DNA of 38,818 nucleotides from Psychromonas sp. (lineage in GTDB: Bacteria > Pseudomonadota > Gammaproteobacteria > Enterobacterales > Psychromonadaceae), in assembly GCA_041586895.1 (NCBI GenBank), contig JBFGZH010000001.1:1-38818 (forward strand), in the 5' to 3' direction. Below the pieces are notes generated by a model that saw only the letters and a list, made by a program, of their open reading frames with translations, did not search any database and was not told where the DNA came from. Below, in pieces: positions 27,765 to 36,015 of the stretch. The first letter of the stretch is position 1. Each line of letters begins with the position of its first letter. The position numbers and the translations under genes were made by a program.

Positions 27765-29110
27765 TATATAATCCTCTTAACTTTTCGTTTTACTAAATGA
27801 GGGCAAGCGCCCATAATGAAAGCATCCGCCTTGTTCGGTGATGCTATACCGCGCTTAGCTAAATCCTTTTTAGACTCAACCATATCAAGCCCACGCTTAG
27901 AATAATCCTTATGTGGTGAGCACAACTCTGTTTTAAGCGCCTCAATGTCTTTGATATCAGAGCTAATGCTTATCAGTTCGCTAGCATTATACACCATGCC
28001 CTTGTTAATTGCGTTGTATGTATTGCGAAGCCTATCGGCTACATCTCGCCACGCCTGAGCCTTTAAATTTTCAAACTTGGCTTTATTGGTTATCTTTGGG
28101 GCGTATTCTTTGTCCGGATTAAACACAGCATCACCCGCGTTAAACTTGTGATAGCTATTCTTGCCTGCATTTTTAAGTATCGCACCTACGCCAGCACCTA
28201 CGCCTATTGAGTCATAGATTAACTTGCCTTTACCAACAAGTGACCATGCCTTGAGCGCCGATTTGTCTAGCTCATCCTCTTCCGCCTTCCACTCTTCTAT
28301 ATGCTCGCAAATGGCGCCATTAAACACCGCCACAGCGTTTTTATCCGCACCACTATCTGCCACGTCATAGCCAACAGTTTTGGCGCCAGTTAAGTCTAGA
28401 TCTAATCCCAAGTGAGCATTGACAGCAGACTCAACCCATGACCTTTTAATTATCGCGTCGTCATCATTATTGCGAGGCTGGCCAAGGTAAACATGTTTAT
28501 ACTGATCTAGATCCTGCTCCTTCATTTGCTCAATGACATTAAGCAGGGTTCCAGATAAAAAAGGATTATCAGTGTAATTAATAAGACGGCTAACTGTGCT
28601 TTCTGGTGGGTTTACAATGAACTTTTGATATATAAAGTCAGTGATTAAGTCAGGGTTAAAGCTGATCCAAATCTCAGAACCTTCCTTACGGATTGTTGGT
28701 TCAAGAATGGCCCATTGCTCAGCCGTTAAATTGTGAGCCTCTTCTATCCAGAGCACATCGGCACCTTCAAATGACTTTATCTCGTCAGTGTTCCGCTCTA
28801 TACCGTAAAACGCAAATTCAGAGCCGTTGGAGTGTCTTATCTCTGCTGCCATGACATCATAACCGCCAAGATCAAACGCACTTATCTGGTTCTTTATGAG
28901 CGTATAAACAGAGTCCTTTATCTTGTTCTGGAACCTACGAACACACAGAAATCTTGTCCTGTATTGTTGCCCTATATGCGCTGCCCTGCCTGCAAACTCC
29001 CATGATTTAGATGAAGCACGCCCACCATATAAAACCCGGTTACGAGCCTTGATGAATCTACCGTTATCATCAACCCAAAAGCTTTTGAGATTTGGATTAA
29101 GAGTCGCCAT
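27764..29110 (-). CDS. terL: Terminase large subunit (PBSX-like)
   Basis: LYGGRASSKS Walker A, WIEEA Walker B, SFNP, GYDVAD and SPNKADA nuclease motifs. Confidence 0.95.
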   Translation of the reverse strand: MATLNPNLKSFWVDDNGRFIKARNRVLYGGRASSKSWEFAGRAAHIGQQYRTRFLCVRRFQNKIKDSVYTLIKNQISAFDLGGYDVMAAEIRHSNGSEFAFYGIERNTDEIKSFEGADVLWIEEAHNLTAEQWAILEPTIRKEGSEIWISFNPDLITDFIYQKFIVNPPESTVSRLINYTDNPFLSGTLLNVIEQMKEQDLDQYKHVYLGQPRNNDDDAIIKRSWVESAVNAHLGLDLDLTGAKTVGYDVADSGADKNAVAVFNGAICEHIEEWKAEEDELDKSALKAWSLVGKGKLIYDSIGVGAGVGAILKNAGKNSYHKFNAGDAVFNPDKEYAPKITNKAKFENLKAQAWRDVADRLRNTYNAINKGMVYNASELISISSDIKDIEALKTELCSPHKDYSKRGLDMVESKKDLAKRGIASPNKADAFIMGACPHLVKRKVKRII

Positions 29111-29459
29111 ACATATCCGAAAATGTCTTAACTTCCTTGGTTTCTTGCTGTATCTGCGTTGTCTCTTTCCAGCCTGCTTGCGTCTTGAGGTAGAATATCA
29201 TTGCTGAATTATCACCCTCTCTGGCCTTAGATAAAAGAGAGCCTGCAACATCACTGATAGCCCTTGCTTTACCTGCTTTATAACGTAAAGAAACTTCGGG
29301 CTGCCTTTCCATTATCGCGTAAAATGTTGGCTTACTAATCCCGAAATAATCAGCAATCTGCTCAATAGATAGCACTGCGCCTAACGCTTCAACCTGAGAC
29401 ACTTGCTCGTCACTTAATACTGTAGCGGGCCGTCCGCCTTTGTTTTTTTCTTCTGCCAC
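29097..29459 (-). CDS. terS: Terminase small subunit (start uncertain)
   Basis: GGRP + HTH (IADYFGISKPTFY) + AMIFYLKTQAGW; overlaps the terL start. Confidence 0.85.
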   Translation of the reverse strand: MAEEKNKGGRPATVLSDEQVSQVEALGAVLSIEQIADYFGISKPTFYAIMERQPEVSLRYKAGKARAISDVAGSLLSKAREGDNSAMIFYLKTQAGWKETTQIQQETKEVKTFSDMYGDS

Positions 29460-29510
29460 CTCTGATAGCTCCTGTGTTGGCTCTGCCTGTGTATATTTTA
29501 ACACAAGCAC

Positions 29511-29534
29511 AAAAAAGCCGCACTATTGGCGGCT
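29511..29534 (-). terminator. Terminator upstream of terS
   Basis: Minus strand AGCCGC-CAATAGT-GCGGCT followed by TTTTT. Confidence 0.75.
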
Positions 29535-29543
29535 ATATCTATA

Positions 29544-29786
29544 TTAACTCCTAAGCTTAGTAAGTAGCGCATTAACTAACGCCCTCTCTATATCCGTTTC
29601 CGGCACCAAATCCTCAAAGTACGGGTTAGCCTCTGGCTGCATCCAAGTTGCTGCGAACATCTCATAAGTGCAGATATTAAACGCTTTTCTATCAACACCA
29701 TTAATCACTGCATAACCCTCCGGCCATTCGCCACGAAACCTGTTTACCACATCCACCACTTTCTTTGTCATTGCGTAATCACTCAT
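29544..29786 (-). CDS. Hypothetical protein, 80 aa
   Basis: Start MSDYAMTK with SD AAGGAG. Confidence 0.65.
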   Translation of the reverse strand: MSDYAMTKKVVDVVNRFRGEWPEGYAVINGVDRKAFNICTYEMFAATWMQPEANPYFEDLVPETDIERALVNALLTKLRS

Positions 29787-29934
29787 CGTCTTTCTCCTTA
29801 CTTTTGCATTTCTCATCTGTCCCGCTCCAGACGCCACAAACAGAACACCGCCCCCAAAAATGACCGCCTAACTTATCGCACTTTAACGGCTGGCACTCGC
29901 TATCATCAGGATTCCACTCTACCGGCTCACTCAT
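29779..29934 (-). CDS. Small Cys-rich protein, 51 aa (not in ORF track)
   Basis: SD AAGGAG; MSEPVEWNPDDSECQPLKC...CSVC...KDDE*; coupled at both ends. Confidence 0.6.
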   Translation of the reverse strand: MSEPVEWNPDDSECQPLKCDKLGGHFWGRCSVCGVWSGTDEKCKSKEKDDE

Positions 29935-30052
29935 TATCCTTCTCCTTGTTCACATGCTCCCAGTACAAAATACACTCTTCAATAGTCTCAAACTGCATTG
30001 TCTCCACCAGTTCGACCTCACCACAAAATACCTGATTGATAATTGTTACCAT
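29927..30052 (-). CDS. Small acidic protein, 41 aa (not in ORF track)
   Basis: MVTIINQVFCGEVELVETMQFETIEECILYWEHVNKEKDNE*; coupled at both ends. Confidence 0.55.
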   Translation of the reverse strand: MVTIINQVFCGEVELVETMQFETIEECILYWEHVNKEKDNE

Positions 30053-30501
30053 ACATCTTCCTCAGGATTAATGCCCAACATAGCCTTGGCGTGTGCTATT
30101 GCCGCTCCTTTAGTTGTGTGAGCGACACCCATTGACAGCGTGCGCTTATCAGTTCCGGTGTCAGCCCACGTCTCAACAAAAACTAAGCAGTCCTTATCAA
30201 ATGCGGGATAGTAGTAATAAGCTCCAAAATCAGCAGGCTCATTCATCGGTGCTGGCACCTCGAACCCGTTGACCGTGATTGTATTTTGCTTCATAAAGAG
30301 GTCAAGGTAATGCTCTTGCCCCTCACTTCTTGCAGAGCCACTCACTAGAAATTGATACAATCTACCTTCAATCACAGCTAGCACATTAAAATCTGATTGA
30401 AGTTTATTAAGCCAAACTATATGTTCAACCCCTTGCCCGTCCCTTGTCACAACAGACTCACCTGCTAACGCTTTCTCTAAATCAAATGGTAATTTTTTCA
30501 T
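30046..30501 (-). CDS. Hypothetical phage protein, 151 aa
   Basis: PFDLEKALAGESVVTRDG and ITVNGFEVPAP modules; SD AAGGAG. Confidence 0.75.
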   Translation of the reverse strand: MKKLPFDLEKALAGESVVTRDGQGVEHIVWLNKLQSDFNVLAVIEGRLYQFLVSGSARSEGQEHYLDLFMKQNTITVNGFEVPAPMNEPADFGAYYYYPAFDKDCLVFVETWADTGTDKRTLSMGVAHTTKGAAIAHAKAMLGINPEEDVW

Positions 30502-30587
30502 CTTTATTTCTCCTTATTGGTTAATTTTAACTTTTACGGTTTCAAACCGCATAACTATAGGCCTCATTTTCAAAAACGAGACCCACA

Positions 30588-30788
30588 TTATACACCCTTT
30601 CTCACCATTAAATCGCCGCGATGGTCGTACATCTTAAACCCAAATCTACCGCACGAATCACACTGGCATGATTGAACGACGGCAGGTAAATCGTGCTGCT
30701 TAGATCCCGCCCACCATTCCGCAGCACCTTTTAGTGTCTTAACCTCGTGATGAGAGCTTAAAGCCTCGCCTCCACATTTGCACTGCAT
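30588..30788 (-). CDS. Small Zn-finger protein, 66 aa
   Basis: CKCGG...CDSCGR; SD AAGGAG. Confidence 0.7.
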   Translation of the reverse strand: MQCKCGGEALSSHHEVKTLKGAAEWWAGSKQHDLPAVVQSCQCDSCGRFGFKMYDHRGDLMVRKGV

Positions 30789-30791
30789 AGC

Positions 30792-31304
30792 CTACTCCTT
30801 ATCTGTGTTAGCTAAGTCTTCTCGTTTCGACTCAATTAAAGGTATACAGGCTTTAACCGCAGTCATGTATCTAGATGCCTGCGACTTCCCTATTCCTAAC
30901 CTGTTTTTTATTACCTCAGTTGTGATTTCATCGTGATGCATCAGCACCTTCAACTTGCTTGGCGCTATTGTCGTGCGCTTCTGGCTGTTATTTTGCTTAT
31001 CAAATGACATAGCGACAGCCCTGTAAATTCCATCTAGCTGGGGCTTGTAAACCTCATCATCTGGATCCATTGCTAGCATAACTATATCAAGAACCGTATT
31101 CTCAATTACCACTGGCTTTCTCCCTTTCTTAAACTCGCCAGCCATCATCAATCTAATTTTATCAGCCGACATCTTCTTTTTAATAAGAGCGTCTATCTTC
31201 GCCTTATCACCGCTTTTCTCTACATACTCAATTATTTCAACAGCCCCGACAAGAACAGACGGGGCGTATTCTGAGTATATCTTGATTGTTTCTAGTACAT
31301 CCAT
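30792..31304 (-). CDS. Putative transcription regulator with C-terminal HTH
   Basis: ITTEVIKNRLGIGKSQASRYM; start MDVLET with SD AGAGG. Confidence 0.55.
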   Translation of the reverse strand: MDVLETIKIYSEYAPSVLVGAVEIIEYVEKSGDKAKIDALIKKKMSADKIRLMMAGEFKKGRKPVVIENTVLDIVMLAMDPDDEVYKPQLDGIYRAVAMSFDKQNNSQKRTTIAPSKLKVLMHHDEITTEVIKNRLGIGKSQASRYMTAVKACIPLIESKREDLANTDKE

Positions 31305-31552
31305 GGCAAACCTCTTTTGCAGATTATTTTGCCTAGTATGCAACTATCTAGTCAGATATACAATATTTAATTGCTCTATTATTCCCATACTATTCGTTGC
31401 TGCATTAGTGGTCATACTATATATAAGTAAACTAACTTTGTTTTACACTAATTGCGATTATTACAAAAAGTTGTTAGATAACAAGTTTTTCCTAACTACC
31501 TAACGCCTAGCGTTACCCTTTACCAAGAATAATCCCATTCACTGGTTCAGGC

Positions 31553-31645
31553 TCAACCAGAGACCGCAATTATCGCACCTGTAGCCAAAAACCCCACTAG
31601 CCCGCATACTATCGCTGCAAATACCACCATCAAGAATCCGTACAT
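31553..31645 (-). CDS. 30 aa hydrophobic peptide (not in ORF track)
   Basis: SD AGGAGG; MYGFLMVVFAAIVCGLVGFLATGAIIAVSG*. Confidence 0.55.
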   Translation of the reverse strand: MYGFLMVVFAAIVCGLVGFLATGAIIAVSG

Positions 31646-31812
31646 TCCACCCTCCTTAATTCCCGCCTTGCTATCATTAACAGCCCATCGTGAACGTAGT
31701 ACGTGCCTTTATTCACCATCACGCCCACAGCCGCCCTGGATAACCCGTTATCACGCCCAAATGCTGCATTATTGTTGTCGTAATGTTTTGCTATGTAATC
31801 TTTTAGTTTCAA
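31630..31812 (-). CDS. Small Cro-like HTH protein, 60 aa
   Basis: LKDYIAKHYDNNNAAFGRDNGLSRAAVGVMV; SD AGGAG, TTG start. Confidence 0.6.
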   Translation of the reverse strand: MKLKDYIAKHYDNNNAAFGRDNGLSRAAVGVMVNKGTYYVHDGLLMIARRELRRVECTDS

Positions 31813-31929
31813 CTGTTATACTCCTACTTAATATGCCGACCAAGCCTCTGAGTATGCTGAAATCGTGTCGGCTTTATACCCGCCAAGCCTCTGCACATGC
31901 TCAAACCGGCGGGACTCTTCATTATACCG

Positions 31930-32301
31930 TTACAAGTAAAATTCGACTGTTGCACAGTTTGTTACAACTTTTTGCGCGCTCACATCAAACCACGTCTTAG
32001 AATTATTGATTCGCTTGCGGTCTGTAGCATCTAAAACGCCATCACTGTTATCCACCTTCTCTGTAGATAGCTCCAGTCCAAAATATTCAGCAACACATTT
32101 ATCATTCATATAGATACGGTTCATAGCGCCCTTCTTCCATTGTTTACCACCTGCTGCGATTAGTTTTTGCTCAATTGTTTGCTCTTTCATGCTGTACACC
32201 TCTTTTAATGCTAATGAAAGGGCGATACGGTAATCACCAACAAAACCAACTGTTTCACGTGCAATTTTGTGTGCTGTTTTAAATAGTGTTGATTTGTTCA
32301 T
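31930..32301 (-). CDS. Hypothetical early protein, 123 aa
   Basis: Has its own promoter; LFKTAHKIAR...LALK; WKKGAMNRIY. Confidence 0.75.
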   Translation of the reverse strand: MNKSTLFKTAHKIARETVGFVGDYRIALSLALKEVYSMKEQTIEQKLIAAGGKQWKKGAMNRIYMNDKCVAEYFGLELSTEKVDNSDGVLDATDRKRINNSKTWFDVSAQKVVTNCATVEFYL

Positions 32302-32355
32302 GATAACGCCCTTCTGTTTTATCGCCTTGGGCCATTCCCTTAGCTGATGTAAACA

Positions 32356-32384
32356 GTGTATATATATTTAACTACATTGTAAAG
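32356..32384 (-). promoter_or_regulatory. sigma70-type promoter
   Basis: Minus strand TTTACA-17 nt-TACACT, just after a terminator. Confidence 0.65.
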
Positions 32385-32444
32385 TGTTTTATATACAAAT
32401 CGGGAATTTATTTGATGTAAGTCGCAATATTTTCTTTCACGCAC

Positions 32445-32470
32445 AAAAAAGCCAGCTATTAAACTGGCTT
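32445..32470 (-). terminator. Rho-independent terminator
   Basis: Minus strand AAGCCAG-N8-CTGGCTT followed by TTTT. Confidence 0.8.
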
Positions 32471-32648
32471 CTCTGTAGCATTCGGTCCGGCGCTACCCGC
32501 ATGAAAGATTAAGTTACTCTCTGACCTAAGCACATTTGCTGTGGTCTAATGTTCGCATCATAGCGTCGTGAAATACTATGAGGGACGCCGGGAAGGAGTA
32601 CCGGCTTGCGTTACATTAGCAGCAAGGGCATGCGCTTCACACCCTGGT
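32471..32648 (-). ncRNA. Candidate structured RNA
   Basis: Non-coding, GC-richer than flanks; nested helices form a three-way junction plus flanking hairpins. Confidence 0.5.
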
Positions 32649-32651
32649 AAA

Positions 32652-32930
32652 TTACTTTCTCAATGTTACTATTAAATCGTCAATATATCCATCAGATTTA
32701 CCGGCTTTCCGCAAATCATTGATTATTGCGTTTGTGATGTCTCGCCGATTCACTTTGTTTCTGTCGCTGTTGCTTTTTGCGTTCCACACGCCGATGGCAA
32801 TTGATGCAATAGTGGTAGTAACGACTGCCATCGCAGTGACAGCGGATGAATTCACGGTAAGCCACTCTAACATTCCGCCGCCTATGGTCGCCCCTGTTAG
32901 CACGTGATGGGCAGTTTGTTGTGCGCTCAT
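32652..32930 (-). CDS. Holin-like membrane protein, 92 aa
   Basis: Hydrophobic N-terminal half, charged C-terminus. Confidence 0.6.
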   Translation of the reverse strand: MSAQQTAHHVLTGATIGGGMLEWLTVNSSAVTAMAVVTTTIASIAIGVWNAKSNSDRNKVNRRDITNAIINDLRKAGKSDGYIDDLIVTLRK

Positions 32931-33081
32931 ATAATCTTAATCCAATCTGAAAAAGTGCAGGGGCATAGTTAATTATGATATTAATTGTCACCGCACTGTA
33001 TATAATCGCGCTTGCGTGTCGCGCTATAAAATCTAACATCTAACACCAAGCGTTTGTTTTTTATATATTTTACATTGACTT

Positions 33082-33243
33082 TTAATCTATATCAAATGTC
33101 GCGTCTTCGTATTCGTCGCTATTTTCTTCCAGCCAGTCTTCCAGCTCGTCAATAGTTCCATAGAATACACACTCGCAAAACTCAGTGATCGCGTTCCAGG
33201 TTTCATATTGACTGTCAAAAGTGGTGTAAATTTTTGTTTTCAT
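33082..33243 (-). CDS. Highly acidic protein, 53 aa (not in ORF track)
   Basis: SD AAGGA; 16 D/E versus 2 K. Confidence 0.65.
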   Translation of the reverse strand: MKTKIYTTFDSQYETWNAITEFCECVFYGTIDELEDWLEENSDEYEDATFDID

Positions 33244-33391
33244 ATTGTTTTCCTTTAAAGTATTTTGCTCTGTTTAACATTCGGTTTGCATAACTTACGT
33301 GCTTTTCCCAATTGTGTTTGTTTTTGGGTGTTCGCTTAGTCATTACCTTCTGGTTGCCTGGTCGCTTGCTGTGGCCTTTATTTTTTGCCAT
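33215..33391 (-). CDS. Highly basic protein, 58 aa (not in ORF track)
   Basis: MAKNKGHSKRPGNQKVMTKRTPKNKH...; overlaps both neighbours. Confidence 0.55.
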   Translation of the reverse strand: MAKNKGHSKRPGNQKVMTKRTPKNKHNWEKHVSYANRMLNRAKYFKGKQYENKNLHHF

Positions 33392-33527
33392 GTGCCACCC
33401 AATGCCTACTGTCTAGGATAGGTTTGACATCACCGCACTGGCTGCACTCTTTTAATATTGCAGTGTGTGCGCCTTTGTCCTTCCTGTCATAACCTGATTT
33501 TATTCTGCATTTTTGACATGTTTGCAT
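33378..33527 (-). CDS. Small Zn-finger protein, 49 aa (not in ORF track)
   Basis: SD GGAGG; CQKC...CSQC. Confidence 0.65.
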   Translation of the reverse strand: MQTCQKCRIKSGYDRKDKGAHTAILKECSQCGDVKPILDSRHWVAHGKK

Positions 33528-33682
33528 GTAACAGCCTCCCTGTAAGAATCACAATAGCTTGAGCCATCAAGGTGGTATTTCATATCAACTAAACCATGAA
33601 GCGGGTATTTAACTTTATGATTACAAGCGCAGTTGTGGAGCGGTTTGTCAGCGAATTTGCAGCTTATACATTGTTTTTTCAT
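33500..33682 (-). CDS. Small Cys-rich protein, 60 aa
   Basis: Start MKKQCISCKF with SD GAGGTG. Confidence 0.65.
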   Translation of the reverse strand: MKKQCISCKFADKPLHNCACNHKVKYPLHGLVDMKYHLDGSSYCDSYREAVTCKHVKNAE

Positions 33683-33872
33683 AAGCACCTCAATGTAAGA
33701 GTGAAGCCAGGCTGCTGAATTGACAGCCTGGCGTGTTTCCATCACATTTTCACATGACTGACACCTTCTTTACGATGTCAGCAAGGGAAGATAGTCTCAC
33801 GACTGGGGCCGCTACGCGCATCACTGCGTGTCACTGATACAAGATCACCTCCTGTTATAGATACATTATAGC

Positions 33873-34292
33873 TTATTTTTTACTCTTTGTTTCGTTATGT
33901 CGCGCTAAAGAATAGCTGCCGAAGTAAAAAATACTGATTGCACTTGTTAAACTCAGCATTGTAGTTGATGTTGCTAGCGATAGATAAAACGCTGCTAGAT
34001 TCTCATCCCATGGCGCTGAAATACAGCACAATAAAATGATTGCTAAGTGCGATTTAATCCACAGCGAAGCGATGCTGCGTCGTGCTTTGCTTCGCTCTGT
34101 GCTTTCGCTTAATGTAGCTTTTACAAACTCCTGTACGCTTTCTACGGTCTTTGCGTTAGCTTTCATTACCTCTTCGTCGGTCAGATTCATGTTACCAATC
34201 CAGCCGCCGAACTGAGTTAGAAGCCCGTCTTCTCTATCCAGTACATTATCAACTGCTTTAGGCGCTGTCTTAAATATATCTAAAAATCCCAT
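33873..34292 (-). CDS. Holin candidate, 139 aa
   Basis: TDEE...RR then two hydrophobic helices ending FYFGS, like 3TM/GTA-type holins; near the endolysin. Confidence 0.65.
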   Translation of the reverse strand: MGFLDIFKTAPKAVDNVLDREDGLLTQFGGWIGNMNLTDEEVMKANAKTVESVQEFVKATLSESTERSKARRSIASLWIKSHLAIILLCCISAPWDENLAAFYLSLATSTTMLSLTSAISIFYFGSYSLARHNETKSKK

Positions 34293-34295
34293 AGC

Positions 34296-34472
34296 CTACC
34301 CCTTTAGCCCAATAAACCGATTTAACATGTCAATCACAACCTTGGAAACTGGGTTTATTCCTTTGCGCCAGCCCTGCACTGTATGTTCACTAACATTTGC
34401 TATCATTGATAAATCACGATTGTTTAAACCTGTTTTTTTCTGTAGCTCTATAAATTCTTGATTGATTTTCAT
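34296..34472 (-). CDS. XRE-family HTH protein, 58 aa
   Basis: LQKKTGLNNRDLSMIANVSEHTVQGWRKG.NP; SD AGGAG; frame stays open upstream to 34574. Confidence 0.75.
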   Translation of the reverse strand: MKINQEFIELQKKTGLNNRDLSMIANVSEHTVQGWRKGINPVSKVVIDMLNRFIGLKG

Positions 34473-34552
34473 TTCGTCTTTCTCCTGTTTGCCGCCAGTT
34501 GCTAATATGTAAACGATAACCGGCGGAACTATGTATAAAATTAACTCTAATA

Positions 34553-35389
34553 TTATAGCGAACAATCTAGACAAACGCCTTTATCATGCTCAGCTAAGTC
34601 TTTAAGCTCTGCCTCGTGTTGCTTTATCGCTTTCCTAGCTTGCGCCCAAAATGTTTGCGGCTTTATCTTCTCAGTCGGAACAACACCGGCAGCCATCATT
34701 TGATTAAACAGCTCCTCTTTATCCTCTAGATAAACTGGGCCGTCTTTGTCTTTATGTATAGCATAGCCTATCTCCTCTTCTCCGTTTTTTGCCTCTTCCC
34801 AAATATCGCGGCGCGTGCAATAGACTATATACCAATGCTGCCAACCAGCCTTAAGGCATCCTATGCAATTGCTATGATTAAAAGTCTTGTAAACTGCGCC
34901 AGGGTCAATTCCAATCGACTCAAGCCTAACTATATTCTCTTCCGGCCAAATCATCGGAAACAGCGTTTTGTAACCCATTTGCCCCATGATTTGAGATCGT
35001 CTTGTGATACGCCCTTGCTCATTCTTATCCATCCCGTAGACATATACGTTTTCTTTTTCCGGGTCGTTCTCTAGCATCCATTTCTTAAACGGATCTGTCT
35101 TGAGTCGATTTGTGCATAGTATTTGACCACTGCCGACCTTCCATGCTTTAGCATCGATGCAGACCTGAACTGGCGTTGTTTCGTCCCATTTTGGGTGATT
35201 TGCGTATGTGATTTCTAAGCCTAAGTAATCAGCAACGTCTTGTTTTAGCTTCTTAGTACACACTTGCTCAACATGCCCGTTAATATCGTGATTTAACAAT
35301 ATAACATTCTCAGCACCAAACATAACCGCAACTGACAGCGCGCATTCACTTGATGACTTTCCGCCTGAGTAACATATAACATACTTCAT
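34553..35389 (-). CDS. PAPS-reductase-like (PP-loop) protein
   Basis: VICYSGGKSS PP-loop; CTNRLK; FNHSNCIGCLK; C-terminal CLDC. Confidence 0.8.
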   Translation of the reverse strand: MKYVICYSGGKSSSECALSVAVMFGAENVILLNHDINGHVEQVCTKKLKQDVADYLGLEITYANHPKWDETTPVQVCIDAKAWKVGSGQILCTNRLKTDPFKKWMLENDPEKENVYVYGMDKNEQGRITRRSQIMGQMGYKTLFPMIWPEENIVRLESIGIDPGAVYKTFNHSNCIGCLKAGWQHWYIVYCTRRDIWEEAKNGEEEIGYAIHKDKDGPVYLEDKEELFNQMMAAGVVPTEKIKPQTFWAQARKAIKQHEAELKDLAEHDKGVCLDCSL

Positions 35390-35417
35390 GCTTTTCACTC
35401 CTTCCTATTGATTCAAG

Positions 35418-35786
35418 TTAGCCAGCCCATCTTGCTGGTGTTGGCCGTGAGTCGATGTGTACAAACCCTTTATCTTTATATAACCCAACCCCTGCCCAAT
35501 ACTCACCCACGTAATGAGCGGTAAACTCATATACATCAGCCGGTGACACTCCTTTTACAACTATATCAGCCGCTATACCTTGCCTGTGCTTACTGTTCTT
35601 AGCACCGCCTATCTTCGCATTGTACTCTTCACATCGACAGCCGGAATTGATCGTCACTGGTGCGTTAAAATGCTCTCTGACGACTGTCACCAATTGCAGC
35701 AATTCAGTATCAACGGTGGCAAAGCCGCATCCGCAATTACATGCAAATTCATCTCTTGTGAAATATTTATTAAGTTTCTTTTTCAT
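35418..35786 (-). CDS. Endolysin, peptidase M15A
   Basis: FTRDEFACNCGCG, INSGCRC, SKH..G.AADI, FVHIDSR. Confidence 0.9.
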   Translation of the reverse strand: MKKKLNKYFTRDEFACNCGCGFATVDTELLQLVTVVREHFNAPVTINSGCRCEEYNAKIGGAKNSKHRQGIAADIVVKGVSPADVYEFTAHYVGEYWAGVGLYKDKGFVHIDSRPTPARWAG

Positions 35787-35787
35787 T

Positions 35788-36015
35788 TTAACTCTCCTTA
35801 ATCACTACATGATCACCTGACAATTTAACTGTAAAATCAAATGATAACTGCATTAAATCATTAAACGTTACATCACACTCAAACTCAGCATTTGCAACGC
35901 AATACTCATCATAATTCTTTCGCTGCACAAATCCTGGTTTATCAAAAAAAATACCCTCCATTAATCTTTTTTTATCACCAGTTATAACTCCCATCTCCCC
36001 AAGATTTATTTTCAT
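35788..36015 (-). CDS. Hypothetical protein, 75 aa
   Basis: ATGA overlap with rusA; SD GGAGGT. Confidence 0.7.
   Translation of the reverse strand: MKINLGEMGVITGDKKRLMEGIFFDKPGFVQRKNYDEYCVANAEFECDVTFNDLMQLSFDFTVKLSGDHVVIKES

Noticed and set aside
9032-29207. Many plus-strand ORFs opposite structural genes
   Set aside because: Ser/Ala/Pro-rich antisense shadows of well-supported minus-strand genes.
32716-33039. 107-aa ORF overlapping the holin-like gene
   Set aside because: Only the first ~36 hydrophobic residues look plausible; the rest is an Arg/His-rich alternative frame with no clear SD. Not called, though a short membrane peptide is possible.
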